DNA of 63,441 bases, counting the filler, from Chiloscyllium plagiosum (taxonomy: Eukaryota), in the NCBI RefSeq assembly GCF_004010195.1. It is 5 parts of one record of this genome, joined end to end, with 100 filler letters (N's around TTAATTAATTAA, not from the genome) between each part and the next. Parts side by side here need not be neighbours in the genome. Positions count along the whole stretch, not along the records: positions 29,999 to 43,526 come from NC_057713.1; positions 43,627 to 57,196 come from NC_057713.1; 3 more parts are not named here. One strand, 5' to 3'. The stretch's first letter is position 1. The number at the start of each line of letters is the position of its first letter. The position numbers were made by a program, and so were the translations under genes. Below, piece by piece: positions 39,351-53,480 of this stretch. The notes beneath the pieces are model-generated. The model was given only the letters and a program-made list of their open reading frames with translations. It was not told where the DNA came from and did not search any database.

Positions 39351-41604
39351 ACCAGGAATTCTTATTTTGGTTCTAATTTCTGCTGTAATACTTCTATATA
39401 TATTTTCTACCACATCCTTAATTTGATTGAATTGCTGGTAAATACAGCACAGCAGTTTAGAGTGCAATTTGGTCTAATTGTTTTCATTGAAGCAGCAACT
39501 ACAGTAAACTCCAGGTTGAAGACAACCACTGGGAGTTTAATTAGCCCATTGTACAGCGGGTGGGCTGTTACAGTACCTGCTAATTTTAATCTTGCCCAGC
39601 AGCAGCTGTCATATCTGTCTCCAAAAATGCATTAACAGTGCTTTAAGAGGCTTTAACAAATAACAGCTTATTTTCTAAAATCATTCAGTTCACAATTTTG
39701 ATCGTTTTGCTGTATAGAAAACACTGAATTATGCAGAAACAATTAAAAATGTAATGATTTCAGCTTATTTCCCAGTTTTCATTTCCATCTGTGCCATCAG
39801 TGTTATTATCCCCCGCAGTGAGTATAAACCAAAACAACCAAATTTACTGAACAATCCTGAATGAAAAAAATTGCCATATATTTTACTTCTTAATAAATGA
39901 GAATCTACATAAAATAAACATGAATTAACAGGAATATCACAAATAGCACAAACTACAAATTGCAAACAGAATAACAAATGCAACAACATTTCTCTTAAAC
40001 AAGAACATAGGAACATAATAAATAGGAACAGTAGTCGGCTGGTCAGTCTCTCAAGCCTGCATCACCTTTCAACAAGGTTATGGCTGATCTGTCCCGGGTC
40101 TCAACTTCTCTTTCTTTCTCAGCATAGCCATCAGATCAGTGATATTCCAAAAATCTATTTCATTTTTAAATAAATTTCAGTGATCTAGCCTTCACTTCTC
40201 TCTGGGGTAGAAAATGCCAGACATACATCCCCATCCAGGAGAAGAAATACTTTTGCATCTTAGTTTTAAATTAGTGTTCTCTTATTCTGTACTTATCTCT
40301 TATATTTTGAGATTCCGCACTAATGGAAACATCTGAATATTTATCTTGTCAAGCCCCCTCTGATTCTTTAACAAATTAAAACAAAGTGCTGAAGAAACTC
40401 AGCACATCTGGCAGCATCTCTAGAGAGAAACAGAATGAACTTTTCAAGTCCTGTGAGTCTTCTTCAGAACAATGCATCACCTAAAGCTTTCAACAGCTGA
40501 CAACCTATGGCATCTACAGGTTCTTTCAAATTCTTTCAGTCTCAAAACCCAAGAGATACTGGGATAACAATGTTTCCAACATTTCTACATAGCTCCACCT
40601 GAGAATCTCTTTGAATTGGCTGCCTCAAGCCTTCTCCCAGCTATGACTCACTAAAGTGTTCACTGGTTGTAGGAAGTAGGAAAGGGTGATGGTTAGAGGA
40701 TAACTCTCAGAAAATGACACCAGCCATGATAACATCACGTGACCCTGATTGACAAATCTCTGCTTGCCAAGTACTATGTCCTCACGGGAAAAATCAGATG
40801 AGTTTCAAAATCTGATGTAACTGAGCAGGAAAGACAACCTTCATATTTCACCCAATATCACTCCAAGTCAGAGTACAAGCACGGCAGGAAGGAAACCAAA
40901 ACTGAACCCTGACAATGCCAAATGTTTTGAGTTTCTCAGAACATTTTAATGTTGTGTACAGTAAACAATTCAAAACTCAAAATTTTCCCAACTACAGCAT
41001 CACATTCAGAGATTCAAAACATTTGGCTGTAGTTAACGTTTTTGAAATTGTATATAAACTGATACAATTTGGGTTATAGATTGTGATAAAAGCAATTCAA
41101 CTACAAAGTGTATTTTTAAAAAGCTATTCCCAGGAATGTATGCCAGAACATTGTCCATACCAACATGCGACAGACTTTGCAAAGTGACCCTTAAACATTT
41201 TTCATAGCTTCCTGAGTCATACCTTTTTAAACCACTATCTGATTTATCATTCAAGTCATGAACGTCAAAACGTACAAATTTATTTAGCCCATCATTTTTA
41301 TTGCACTCAAAGATGAAAGTCCAGCCATGTCTATCTGATTATGAAATGTTAATCAGCACTAATTTCACATTTCAAAGTGCCACACTCATTATACAGTGTA
41401 AACATATTAAATGCCATATTAACTCAGGAAACCTCTACCTATAAAGGTACATACCTGAAAGAGGCATTAGATTATTGTTAAGAAAAGTAGTGTCTTATGC
41501 TGGATGTGGATTTCTGCATATCAAATCTGGGCTGAAATAAGGGAGCTTGCATCATATCCATTTCACTGATCTGTACTAGCCAGTGAACTCTTTGGTGAGT
41601 GTGA

Positions 41605-42715
41605 TAGAGTCATAGAGATGTACAGCATGGAAACAGACCCTTCGGTCCAATTTATCCATTCCGACCAGATATCCCAACCCAATCTAGTCCCAACTGCCAG
41701 CACCCGGCCCATATCCCTCCAAACCCTTCCTATTTATATACCCATTCAGATATTTTCAAATGTTGCAAATGTACCAGCCTCCACCACTTACTCTGGCAGC
41801 TCATTCCATACACGTACCACCCTCTGTGTTAACAAGTTGCCCCTTAGGTCTCTTTTATATCTTTCCCTCTCACCCTCTAGTTCTGGACTCCCTCACCCCA
41901 GGGAATAGACTTTGTCTATTTATTCTATTCATGTCCCTCATGATTTTATAAAACTCTATAGGGTCACCCCTCAGCCTCCAATGCTCCAGGGAAAACAGCC
42001 CTAGCCTATTCAAACTCCCGCTATAGCTCAAATCCTCCAACCTAGGCAACGTCCTCGTAAGTCTTTTCTGAACTCTTTCAAGTTTCACGAAATCTTTCCG
42101 ATAATATTCCAAACGTGGACTAACCAATGTTCTGTACAGCCGCAACATGACCTCCCAACTTCTGTAGTCAATACTCTGACCAATAAAGGAAAGCATACCA
42201 AACGCCTTCTTCACTATCCTATCTACCTGCAACTCCACTTTCAAGGAGCTATGAACCTGCACTCCAAGGTCTCTTTGTTCAGCAACATTCCCTAGGACCT
42301 TCCCATTAAGTGTATAAGTCCTGCTAAGATTTGCTTTCCCAAAATGCAGCACCTCGCATTTATCTAAATTAAACTCCATTTGCCACTTCTCAGTCCATTG
42401 GCCCATCTGATCAAGATCCGATTGTGATCTGAGGTAACCTTCTCCACTGTCCACTACACCTCCAATTTTGGTGTCATCTGCAAACATACTAACTGTACTT
42501 TTTATGTTCGCATCCAAATCATTTATGTAAATGACAAAAAATAGAGGACCCAGCACCGATCCTTGTGGCACTCCATTGGTCACAGGCCTCCAGTTTGAAA
42601 AACAACCACTGCCCTCTGTCTTCTACCTTTGAGCCAGTTCTGTATCCAAATGGCTAGTTCTCCCTGTATCCCATGAGATCTAACCTTGCTAACCAATCTC
42701 CCATGGGGAACCTTG
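41605..42715 (-). mobile_element. CR1 LINE RT to 3' end, well preserved
   Basis: ORF 41870-42583: GVPQGSVLGPLFFVIYINDLD, MFADDTKIGG, QRDLGVQV, LERVQKRLTR. Confidence 0.93.
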
Positions 42716-43269
42716 CTTGTCGAACGTGATTCTGAAAGGAACCAAAGACCAGTCAAGAAACAGACCTGAAGCAGTGTGCTCCCACTGTGTTCACAATAAA
42801 CTCTTGGCTCAGTGCTAGAAGTTTCAAGTCCTACCCTTCAACAGACAGTGGATAAGGATGGTCTCCTTCTCAAATGTCACTCGCTGACTCCCTTAATCTC
42901 CCCACCCAATGACCTATATTCATTTAGCCACGGGAGTTCTAGCACTTAAGTGATTTCCAATGTTGAGCTTTACTTGGGTCTCAGGTTGGACCAAACTGAT
43001 GAGTGAGGCCAATACTCCACAGATATGAGACAATGTTCTGAGCATGTCAAGTTTCTCTGCCATCATATAAATTCTTAGATACATTTTGTTATTTTCAGCA
43101 AGTGTTTTATTTTATCCTGGCCAATAAGCAGTGCCTCTGGGTCTCAAAAAATTGCTAATGAGTAACAACTCGTCTGTCCAGAATGGTTATTTCGCATGTA
43201 GTTGGTAAATTACATGTAATATATTCAATTTCCCTGTAGTGCTCATTGGTCATGGACAGCCTGTAGCCA

Positions 43270-43526
43270 TTGATAAGTAGGCAAAAGATGGAAAATTATA
43301 GGCCAATTAGCCTAACCTCGGTTGTTGGTAAAATTCTAGAATCCATCATTAAGGGTGAGGTTTCTAAATTCTTGGAAGAGCAGGGTCGGATTAGAACCGC
43401 CTCGTGCTCCCACGAGGAGGTGGAACAGTTCATCCACTTCACCAACACCTTCCACCCCGACCTCAAATTCACCTGGACAGTCTCAGATTCCTCCCTCCCC
43501 TTCCTCGACCTTTCTATTTCCATCTC
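43270..43526 (+). mobile_element. CR1 fragment fused to a PLE RT fragment
   Basis: NYRPISLTSVVGKILE (CR1), then HFTNTFHPDLKFTWTVSDSSLPFLDLSI (PLE) from about 43396. Confidence 0.8.
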
Positions 43527-43626
43527 NNNNNNNNNNNNNNNNNNNNNNNNNNNNNNNNNNNNNNNNNNNNTTAATTAATTAANNNNNNNNNNNNNNNNNN
43601 NNNNNNNNNNNNNNNNNNNNNNNNNN
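43527..43626. other. Assembly gap with artificial spacer
   Basis: N44-TTAATTAATTAA-N44. Confidence 0.97.
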
Positions 43627-44060
43627 GGAGGTGGGGTCATGGTCAAGGGGGCAGTAGGAGGAGGTGTCCACGAGCTGCCGTTTAGCCTCAGCAATGTAAA
43701 GGTCGGTGCGCCAAACTACCAACGTGGCCCCACCTTTTGTCAGTCCCCACTCTCGGACTCAGCACCGCCTTCTTGACCTGCAATCTTCTTCCTGACCTCT
43801 CCGTTCCCACCCCCTCTCCGGCCTATCACCCTCACCTTAACCTCCTTCCACCTATCGCATTCCCAACGCCCCTCCCCCAAGTCCCTCCTCCCTACCTTTT
43901 ATCTTAGCCTGCTTGGCACACCCTCCTCATTCCTGAAGAAGGGCTTATGCCCAAAACGTCAATTCTCCTTCTCCTTTGATACTGCCTGACCTGCTGCGCT
44001 TTCCCAGCAACACATTTGTAAGCTCTGATCCCCAGCATCTGCAGTCCTCACTTTCTCCTC
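43627..44060. mobile_element. PLE RT fragment (minus, to about 43740) joined to a PLE 3' end (plus)
   Basis: Minus strand carries a frameshifted DKGG..VVWRTDLYIAEAKRQL motif; the plus part matches 82-438. Confidence 0.8.
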
Positions 44061-44517
44061 CTTGTGTTTAATTTTCTCCTGTGAATATATTGATTCCTGT
44101 AAAACTTCTAACACACTCACGTCATTTTAATACCATGCTCAATATCTTCAAACTCTCCCGTTGCTGTACCTTCACAGAGAAGTAGAGTATTGTAAAAATG
44201 ATTACTCAAATTTAAGATAGGTGCAGCACTGGAATCTGATGGGTTAACATTTCAGCATCAGGATGGAAACACGGCAATACAATGGATGCTCTGATCAGAA
44301 TCCCATAAAAGGGAAAGTTATGTTAGAAGGCATCATGGCGTTGAAGGCTTCATGGGTTAGAAGACACTACAATAATTGTTTCCTTCTTTAATAAAGAGTC
44401 AAAGGCAAACCAAGAAATTATATGTCAGTTATTTTACTTCAGTTGCTGACTCGAACTGGTACTTCCGTTCTGCCCAAACACAAGCAGATCTGGGGAAGCA
44501 GGGGTGAGAAATCTGTC

Positions 44518-44646
44518 TGGAGAAAGTGAGGTCTGCAGATGCTGGAGATCAGAGCTGAAAATGTGTTGCTGGAAAAGCGCAGCAGGTCAGGCAGCATCCA
44601 AGGAGCAGGAGAATCGACGTTTCGGGCATGAGCCCTTCTTCAGGAA
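44518..44646 (-). mobile_element. Short PLE end with intact hammerhead core, 13-bp TSD
   Basis: TSD TGAGAAATCTGTC at 44505-44517 and 44647-44659; minus CTGAAGA-AGGGC-TCAT-GCCC-GAAACGTC. Confidence 0.85.
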
Positions 44647-45824
44647 TGAGAAATCTGTCAATAAGTCAGTCCACTGATCAAAGTCACTCCACTAAGTATT
44701 GAATGTAAACTGTAGAAGATAGCCATCCAAATATGAAATCGTGAGAAAAGTATTTCACTAGCTCTAAAGCACTTTGAGATAGACTTAAGTCATGAAAGAT
44801 GCTGTATTAATCTGTGCCATCTTTCCCTTTAATGGTGCAACACCACCATGTGGCACATTTTCTGTCATTATGAGAATACAAAGCCAGAGACATGAACATC
44901 TTTGTGTCTACTATTATGATAGCATGTGCAGAGCTTTAAAATTTAAAATAGTACAAATATTACTCTGACATTTTAAGAAACTGGCCTGCCTTCCTTTTCA
45001 GTTGTTCTAGAATAGTTGGATTCACTCTGCTAATGGAACAGTAAGTGACTTAAATTAACTTTCTTTTTCATCCACCTGCCTACCACTAACCTAAGAGCTT
45101 TATCAAGGTGCGAAATGGATAGCAGCTTTTTGTCACTGATACAATGAATGGGATGACTGATAGCTTTATGAGAAGATAAGAGGAATATCTTATTTTAACT
45201 GAGAGTATTGAATAGCTGTTGTCTCTTTGATCCTAGCTCCAGCTTTGTTTCCCTATCATTCACCACTCTTCCAGGGTGCCAATTCTATTAACAGAATGGC
45301 TTCTCAAAATTGGAGGAAATGACCACCTTTGTAATACAGCCAGAAAAGGCAAGGATGCTGCATTTAGATTTGCTACAGGCAACTTTATCCCACATTGGCC
45401 AAAACTCGCCAGAAATGGGAATAGAGGCAGGAATCCTGGAACTGAGTCCCAGTCGTTATTTTTAAAGGCCTCCTGTCTTGATCCAGGTCAGAAAAATCTG
45501 GGCCAATGTCTAAGTTAGGTGATATGTGGAGAAAGTTATTTGATGGACTGAATAACACTTGTGTTGTAACATTCTATAGTTCAATTACTTTTATTTGTTC
45601 CCTACTACAAACGACTAATATTAGCTTAGTTAGACAAGTTGACAATGAACATTTCCCATTCATTTCTGTTACGTTCTCGATTTCCTTCAAGTACAAACTC
45701 CACCAAAACCTCCAATTCCATTTCACTAGTCTACTCTCAGCTGATCTCCTCCAGAGAATTGGTTCTATTTTTCCCATTAGCCCATTGCAGCGCTATCAGC
45801 TGTCGCATCTGGGTGAGGTGATTA

Positions 45825-46272
45825 GAGTTAGAGTCATAGAGATGTACAATATGGAAACAGACCCTTCGGTCCAACTCATCCATGCCGACCAGATATCATA
45901 AACTAATTTAGTCTCATGTACCAGCACTTGGCCCTTATCCCTCTAAACCGTTCCTATTCATATCCTCATCCAGATGCCTTTTAAAAGTTGTAATCGTACC
46001 AGCCTCCACCACTTCCTCTGGCAGCTCATTCCATATACGCACCACTCTCTGCGTGAAAAAGTTGCCCCTTAGGTCCCTTTTAAATCTTTCCCCTCTCTTC
46101 CTGAACGTATGCCCTCTAGTTCTGGACTCACCCACCCAGGGAAAAGACCTTGTCTGTTTACACTATCCATGCCCCTCATGATTTTATAAACCTCTGTAAG
46201 GTCACCCCTCAACCTTCGATGCTCCAGGAGAAACAGCCCCAGCCTATTCAGCCTCTCCCTATACCTCAAACC
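45825..46272 (-). mobile_element. CR1 LINE 3' end
   Basis: YRERLNRLGLF..RRLRGDL, GESRTRGH, WNELPEEVV. Confidence 0.9.
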
Positions 46273-46969
46273 TGTTTAACTAAGATCTTGCCTAGCTGCA
46301 CCTTCAGGGGGATATAAATATCCACGGTACTCCTTGATTTAGCATACGGAGCTCTGTCAGCTATCAAAGCCAATATTAAAGCCCAATAAATACTACCATT
46401 AGCAAATTACTTGGTAAATTATTTCAATGCTGTCTATAGAACCTTGCACTATCCACATTGCTGGTGGCATTACTGATATTTTACATTACTGCACAACAAA
46501 AGTAGTGTACTTAGTTGTAAGTTACTTTGGGATGGCCAAGGATGTGAATGGTGCTTTATAAATGCATTTTCTTCTTCTCGTTCCCTCCACCATACGTAAC
46601 CAGTAGTTCTATGAGAGATTTATTGTATTGACTAGAGATGACAGAGATAGACATGCCAGTGATGTCCTAACTACAGGTCCCAGGGTGTGATGTGAGTGGC
46701 AAAAATGCTAGTCTTGCACAAGCTCCATTCCTGGATTTCAAGTACATTGGAATCTGACAGAAATACCTGTGCTCATCTCCTTGCATTTCAAAATCAGTGC
46801 AACCCAAGAATAAAGAGGATACTGAAGGGAGAACAAGCTTCAAAGAAACAAGGAATGCACAGTAAAACCAACAAAAAGGAGTCAATGTAAATATGAAAAA
46901 TGACATGAAACTGGGCAATAACATTATAAACATTCAAAATCCACCCTTATAAAGCCAATTTCAGCAGGT

Positions 46970-48890
46970 GATTTGATTTGATGTGATTTCTTATTGTTAC
47001 ATGTACCTGGGTACAGGGAATTTTTTTTATTTTCCATACAGTACAGACAGATCATATCAAACAAAGTGCATTAAGGTAGAGTGAAGGATATAATGCTATG
47101 GCTGCAGAGAAGGTGCACTGACAGTGAGATCAACATTAAATTTAAAATTTGAGCAGTGCCATTCAGTAGTCTACTAACCATGGGAAAGAAATTGTTCTTG
47201 AATCTATTTGCATGTGTATACAAACATTTATATCTTTTGCCCTATGGAAGAGGGTGGGAGAGGTATAACCAAGGTGGGAAGGGTCTTTGATTATGTTGGC
47301 TTATTTTCCGAAACAGCAGGAAGTATAGGTGGAGCCAATGGATAGAAGGTCAGTTCGCATGATGGACTGGGCTGTGTTCACAACTCTCTGCAGTTTCTTG
47401 GGGTCTTGGGAAGAGCAGCTGTCAAATCACACGTGATGCATCCCAATAGAATGCTTTCTACAGTGCATCTATAAAAATTAACAAGTTCTTGTGGACATGC
47501 CAAGTTTCCTTAGCCTTCTGAGGAAGTAGACATCGTCGTGCTTTTTTGACCATTGCATCAACATGGGTGAACCATGACAGATTGTTGGTGATCATCACCT
47601 CCCAGAAACTTGGTGCTCTCAACCATCTCCATCTCAGCATCACTTAAGCAGACAGTTGTGTGCCCTCCACTCAGCTTCCTGAAGTCAATGGCCAGCTCCT
47701 TTGTTTTCCTGACACGATGGAGAGATTGTTTCTTTATGTCATGCCACCAAGCACTCAACCTCTTTCTTGTAGTCTGTCTCATCGTTGTTTGAGATCAACC
47801 CTACAACAGTGGTGTCATCAGCAAACTTGTAAATGGAATTAGGGGAGAATTTGGCCACACAGTTGAGGGTATATGGAGTGTGGTAGGGCCTGACAATGCA
47901 GCCTTGTGGGGCACCTTTGTTGAGGATTATGGTGGAGGTGTTGTCACCTATTTTTACTGATTGCAGTCTATGGGTCAGGAACTCAAAGATCCAGTTACAG
48001 AGGGACAAGCTGAGACCGAGCTCTTGGAGTCGAGTTGTATTTGTTTGGACTTATGGCGTTGAAAGCAGAACTGCAGTCAATATGTAGGAGCCAGACATAG
48101 GTTTCCTTGTTATTCTTCTGATGCTCCATGGATGGGTGTAGGGCTAGGGAGATACTGTCTGCTGTGGACCTGTTGCACCAGTAGGCAATTTGGTAGGCTG
48201 GAGTTGATGTGATCCATGACTAACCTCTCGAAGCACTTCATAATTATGGAGGTTAGAGCCACCTGGCAGTAGTCATTGAGGCACGCTGTATGATTTTTCT
48301 TTAGCACAGGATGATGATGGCTTTCGTGAAGAAGGTGGGGACTTCAAATTGGAGTAAGGAGAGCTCAAAGATGTCTGCAAATACTCGCACCAGCTGGTCT
48401 GCACAGGATCTGAGTGTACAGCCGAAGACTCTGTACAGGCTGTTCACTTTCTGTGGGTTCACCCCCAAGAAGCCTTTTTTAATGTCTGCAGTGGTGACCA
48501 TCAGTACAGGTGCATCTGAGGCTGGAGGGACAAGTGAAATGGTTTCATTGACCTTCTGATCAAAGCAAGCATAGAATGCATTGAGCTCAATGGGTATGGA
48601 TATATTGTTGCCGACAATTCTGTTTGACTTTGCTTTGTAGCCTGTTATGTCAGGTAAGCCTTACCACAAACAACTGCCCATGTGGTTTATCTGGGTATCA
48701 AGTTTAGTTTAGTATTGCCTCTCGGCAGCTCTTAAAGCCTTACAAAGATCATTCCTGGATTTCCTATATAGATCAGGGTTCCTGTCTTGTACGCCTCAGA
48801 CCTGGACTTCAGTAGGGAGTGAATCTCCCAGTTCATCTATGATTTCCAGTTGGGGAACATTCAGATTAACTTCTTTGTCAGGTGGTATTC
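46970..48890 (-). mobile_element. Rex1/Babar-clade LINE remnant
   Basis: [77 protein letters not shown]. Confidence 0.88.
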
Positions 48891-51800
48891 ATACACAGTC
48901 TAGTTTACGTAGACGTGTCTCTCCTGAAATCACCAAATTTGCTGTCAAAAACTTTAATACTTAATACCATATTTGAAATGAGACTGCAAAGCATCATTAT
49001 TGGATTCTCTTGATGGAAGATCAGATGGAAAAATGAAGCATTGGCATCATAATGCAAAGTTGTAATGCTTTTAATTGGTCGAAAATCAAAAAGACCATGA
49101 TTTGGTAGATTGACTAAATGGCCAATGACTGAGTGACAAAAGCAAAATTTCGCAGCTGCTGGAAATCTGAAATAAAAAAATAGACTGCTGGAGAAATGCC
49201 AATGGTCTGGCAGCATATGTGAAAAATGCAACAGAATTAACATTTTAAGTCTAGTATGACCCTTTTTCAGAACTGCAAGACTCCGTACACTATGAGGAGA
49301 TCAGCACAACAAAGAAATAAACTTAATGATGAGAACAATCTGCTTTCATTCTTCAAAGTGATTGTGAATTTTGCGTATATCATGATGCAGCAACTTTGAA
49401 GATACATTTGGCAATCGATTAGCAAGGGACAAAAGGAGAGTTTAGATTTTTTTTCTCTGTTGCCAGTCAGGGCACACACAGATCTCACTGTGCAGCAGCT
49501 GCCTAGCAATCATTAAAAAACCATTATCTTTTTCTCATTCATTGCTAGGAAATGCTGCACCGTTGGGATGCATCACTTTTAGTCAGTCTGACATAATAGC
49601 ACAAACTTTCTCTCTGCTGATCCAGGGGGATCTGTATCCTATCATGGGTTTAAGCTGTGTAATGCACTGATAGATCCATCTCAAAGGATACAATTATGAC
49701 AAGATGATATGGAAATGAGTTCAATCAACAGGAAGAAAGGATGCCAAGGGACAACATTAGATAAGACCTTATGGTAAAATAGAAAAACATATTTTAAAAT
49801 GTAAAGAAACAACCAATAATATAGAATGAGAGATGAGGAGGATTCGTAGAGAACAGGATAAAGATAGACAGCAAAGGAGAGAAATTTGCATTTTTTTTAA
49901 CCTTTTTCAATCAAGCATACATTCCACCGCCTGGTCCTTATCAACTGTTCCAACTTCTGCATTTAATGACTTTTTCGCAAATTAAGGAGTCACCTGATAT
50001 CAGTCTGACAATCTAACTGGAATAACTTCTATGTGACAAGGAATGTTGCTGAGGTGACCAGATCCTTCACTGTATGAACTCTACCCTAGAGATGTGCTCC
50101 TGCGTGTATGCAGCTATAGTAAAGGCACATGCATTAACTAATTAGTAACTGCTGGAATAGTCTCCTCGATTCCAGTTCAAGAGCAACCAGCATCTAAAAT
50201 TCATTGCACATTATCCAATTTCCTGCATTTCCACCACCAAACACACCAAACACATCCGTCTCCACTTTCTGTCAAGGGGCCAACTCTCCAAAACACTCTG
50301 CATCCCACTATTAAATCAACCTTAACACTATCCCATGACACGTTCCCATGCAAGTGCAGAAGATGCACAACTGACTTTTAACCTCTTTCCTTCCCACTAG
50401 CCAGCTCTCCTTTACTCTTACCAACTGAAGACATGATTTCCTTGGACTTTGTGCTGTTAGCCTACTCTACTCACTGCTCACAATGCAGATTCTTCTACAT
50501 TAAGGACATCAAAACAGGGTCACTAGACTCGAAATGTTCACTCTACTTTTCTCTTTATAAATGCTGTCAAATCTGCTCAGTTTCTCCAACACTTTCTGAA
50601 TTTGTTTGATTTCCAGCATCTGCAGTGCTTTGGTTTGATTACAGATTAGATGGTCATCTGCAGAATATCTCTTGTTGATCTTCAAGTCCAACCTGGAGCA
50701 GAATTATCCATGTGCCTGTTCTGTAGTCACTTAATGAGTTACTTGGTGGAGGTGTGACTTCTGCCCCTCACTCTGAAAGAAGTCAGAGCTCAGAGAGCTG
50801 CTGGCCAATATGATAGCTGGTGTCAGGGTGGAGACTACAAGCAGTCCCCGGATTCAAAATCTCTGGAGCTCAGGACCAGTTGGTGTAAGTGATGTCTTAG
50901 TGGGTTGGGGAAATGAGGCGCAGAGCGGTGGGGAACTTAATGGAGAGCGGTGTCCATTGAGGACAGTCATGTTGAGGGGAGGAGGGAAATGTCTAATGTG
51001 GAAAATAGGTCAATGAATGTGTTGTTACACTCTTCCTACCTGAAACGTGACCAGGGTTACTTGCTGCTAAATTACTCCCACCAACCTGAAAATGGACACC
51101 AGACTGGAAACAGACTTTATATGGTCACTAATTTCCCATTTCAAAGTTTCACTCTGGGCAAGGGCAACCCACACACATTCCCATCTGCAAACCTATTGGT
51201 GGGAAGAATTGAATCTGCCTCTTGAAGTTCTGATCACATTCTGCTTTGTTCAACATGTTTAGGAAGCAGCACCTCACTTTCTGTTTAGGCACATTTTAGC
51301 CTTCTGGACTCAACATCTTTGGTAATGACTCTGTTCTTTCATTTAAATCTGCTTTAGATCTAGAGAAATAGGAAAGGTAACCATAGAAGATTACATTTTT
51401 CTCACATCTATTTCAGAAATATATGGCGGAGCGTGGAAAGATACCAGTGGCGGGTAGATCCAGTCTTAAGCCTGGTAGGTGATGGGAGTGTCTCTGTACA
51501 GATCTCAGCAATGGTACAGCACAGGGCAAGACTGCAACCCAAAAGGCTGGGGAGTGGCCTCAAGTTGGAGAGATGGAAAGGCTGTGCCAATCAGGTCAGG
51601 CAAAGTACCTGCTGCAAACAATGATAAAACAATTCTAATGGTGCTCAACAAGACTGCTGATCCTACTTTGCCAAACTTAAAGCAAAGTAACACTAACAAG
51701 GTGACGTTAAACATAGACTCCCTGTAATAAACATTTTGTATCACATAATAAGAAAACTTAACAGTCGGTTTTCTGACTGATGATAGCAGCACTGTAGAAG

Positions 51801-53119
51801 ATTTATTTGTGGTTTACAAGCTTTAACAAAAATATTTATTGAAATGTTAACATTCATCTAAATCCTTTTATAATACAGCCTTGGTAGAAAACTTATTGTC
51901 AACTTCAAAAAGTAGCCACTCCTATTTCTAGCCATTTTTGGTACAGGCCAAAAATTATTAAATTATTTCAAATAGAAGGTGATCCTTATTGCTGGTACAA
52001 GTTATATCATGCCACAGTTTGACCAGGATAGCAGCTGCTGGATGGTCCAGGTCATCCCTTCTAACAGTAGCATACAATGATAGATAAATATCTTGACACA
52101 AAACCTTGCTTGGTCAGAAGACATAAAAATTCCCAGATGGAGATCCACTTGCACCATCTGGCAACGTTGTAAGGGTGAGAAGTTTCAATCTATTTCTTGC
52201 AAGACCATTGTTCTAGAGCACAAACGCCCAATGCTCAGAATTTCTGCGAGTCAGTTAGTAATCAGTTTAGTGTGAGAGACTATACCCAGTGAGGTAAAGC
52301 ATAACTAGCCTCTACATAAATGGATATAGGACCATCAGCAAAACAGCACCAAGATTATAGTTGAACAATATTTATATGGAACATTACTTCAGCAGATTAA
52401 ATGGGTGGCATAGAGTTGACAATGATGACAATAAGTATCTAATTTGTGCTTTTAGTGAAGTAACCATCCTAAACCATTTCATGCAAGTGGACAGGCAAAA
52501 TGAGCTTTTAGGATAAGTCACAAACAGCTTGATCAAATAGATAGGCTTTAAAAGATAGTCTTTAAAAAGGAGGTTAAAGTTATGAAGAGTTTGGGAGAGT
52601 CATTTCTAGAACTTAAAGCAAATGGGTTTGAAGGCATGGCCACCAATGGTACATTGCTTATTGAGCCAGATATGCCTCAACGTCAAATAGCAGATATGGG
52701 CCCAAACTGGAAGTCCCTCACCTTTCAAAAAATGTTTTTTATAAAATGTTTTAAATTTGATTCCCTTATATGCCTTGTAAACTCTGGCAGGCTTAACATA
52801 GGAGCTGTCAAACAGGATATTCTAGCATTTACTCCAGGGTGTGGCTACCACAGCCTTTCATTGTCTATGAGTGAAGACATTATTATTGGCAACAAGAGAA
52901 AAGAATATGCAGGCCAAGGGGAATTGACAGGGAATAGAATACCTGAGTTGCTCTTGCAGACATGAATGGACATGATGATTAAATAGCTTCCTTTTAGTTG
53001 CAACCATACTATGATTCTACTGCATCACAAACACACTTTTTTTAAAATGAGGAAATCCTCTATTTTAAACGAGGTGTTAGCCTATTTAAAGTAACAAATT
53101 GGGTTCTAAAATTTATTCT

Positions 53120-53480
53120 TTCACAAAATGTGGCTATCACCAGCTAGACCAATAGTTATTGCACATCCCTAATGGCCCTGGAGAAGTTGGTGGCAAGATG
53201 TGTCTTGAACTACTGCAGTCACTGGTGTGTAGGAATGCCCACAATGATATTAGGTTGGAAGTTCCAGGGGTTTTATGTAGTGACAGTGAAGAATCAGCGA
53301 TATCATTCCAATTCAGAATGGTGGGTGTTGGAGAGGAACTTGCACGCATTGGAGTTTCATGCAGCTGTTTAGGAAATGCTGTTGAAGGAGCCTTAGTAAG
53401 TTGTTGTCATTCATCTTGTAGATGCTACACAATGGGCCCACTATATGTCAGTGGTGGATAAAGTGAATGTTGAAGGTGAG
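53120..53480 (-). mobile_element. Old LINE 3' end (CR1/L2 group)
   Basis: Similar to 9485-9545; reverse complement carries a degenerate ORF2 C-terminal segment. Confidence 0.5.

Noticed and set aside
52582..52965. 127-aa ORF (and similar ORFs at 15729-16073 and 56008-56367)
   Set aside because: No recognisable motifs or splice support; compatible with chance ORFs or decayed repeats.
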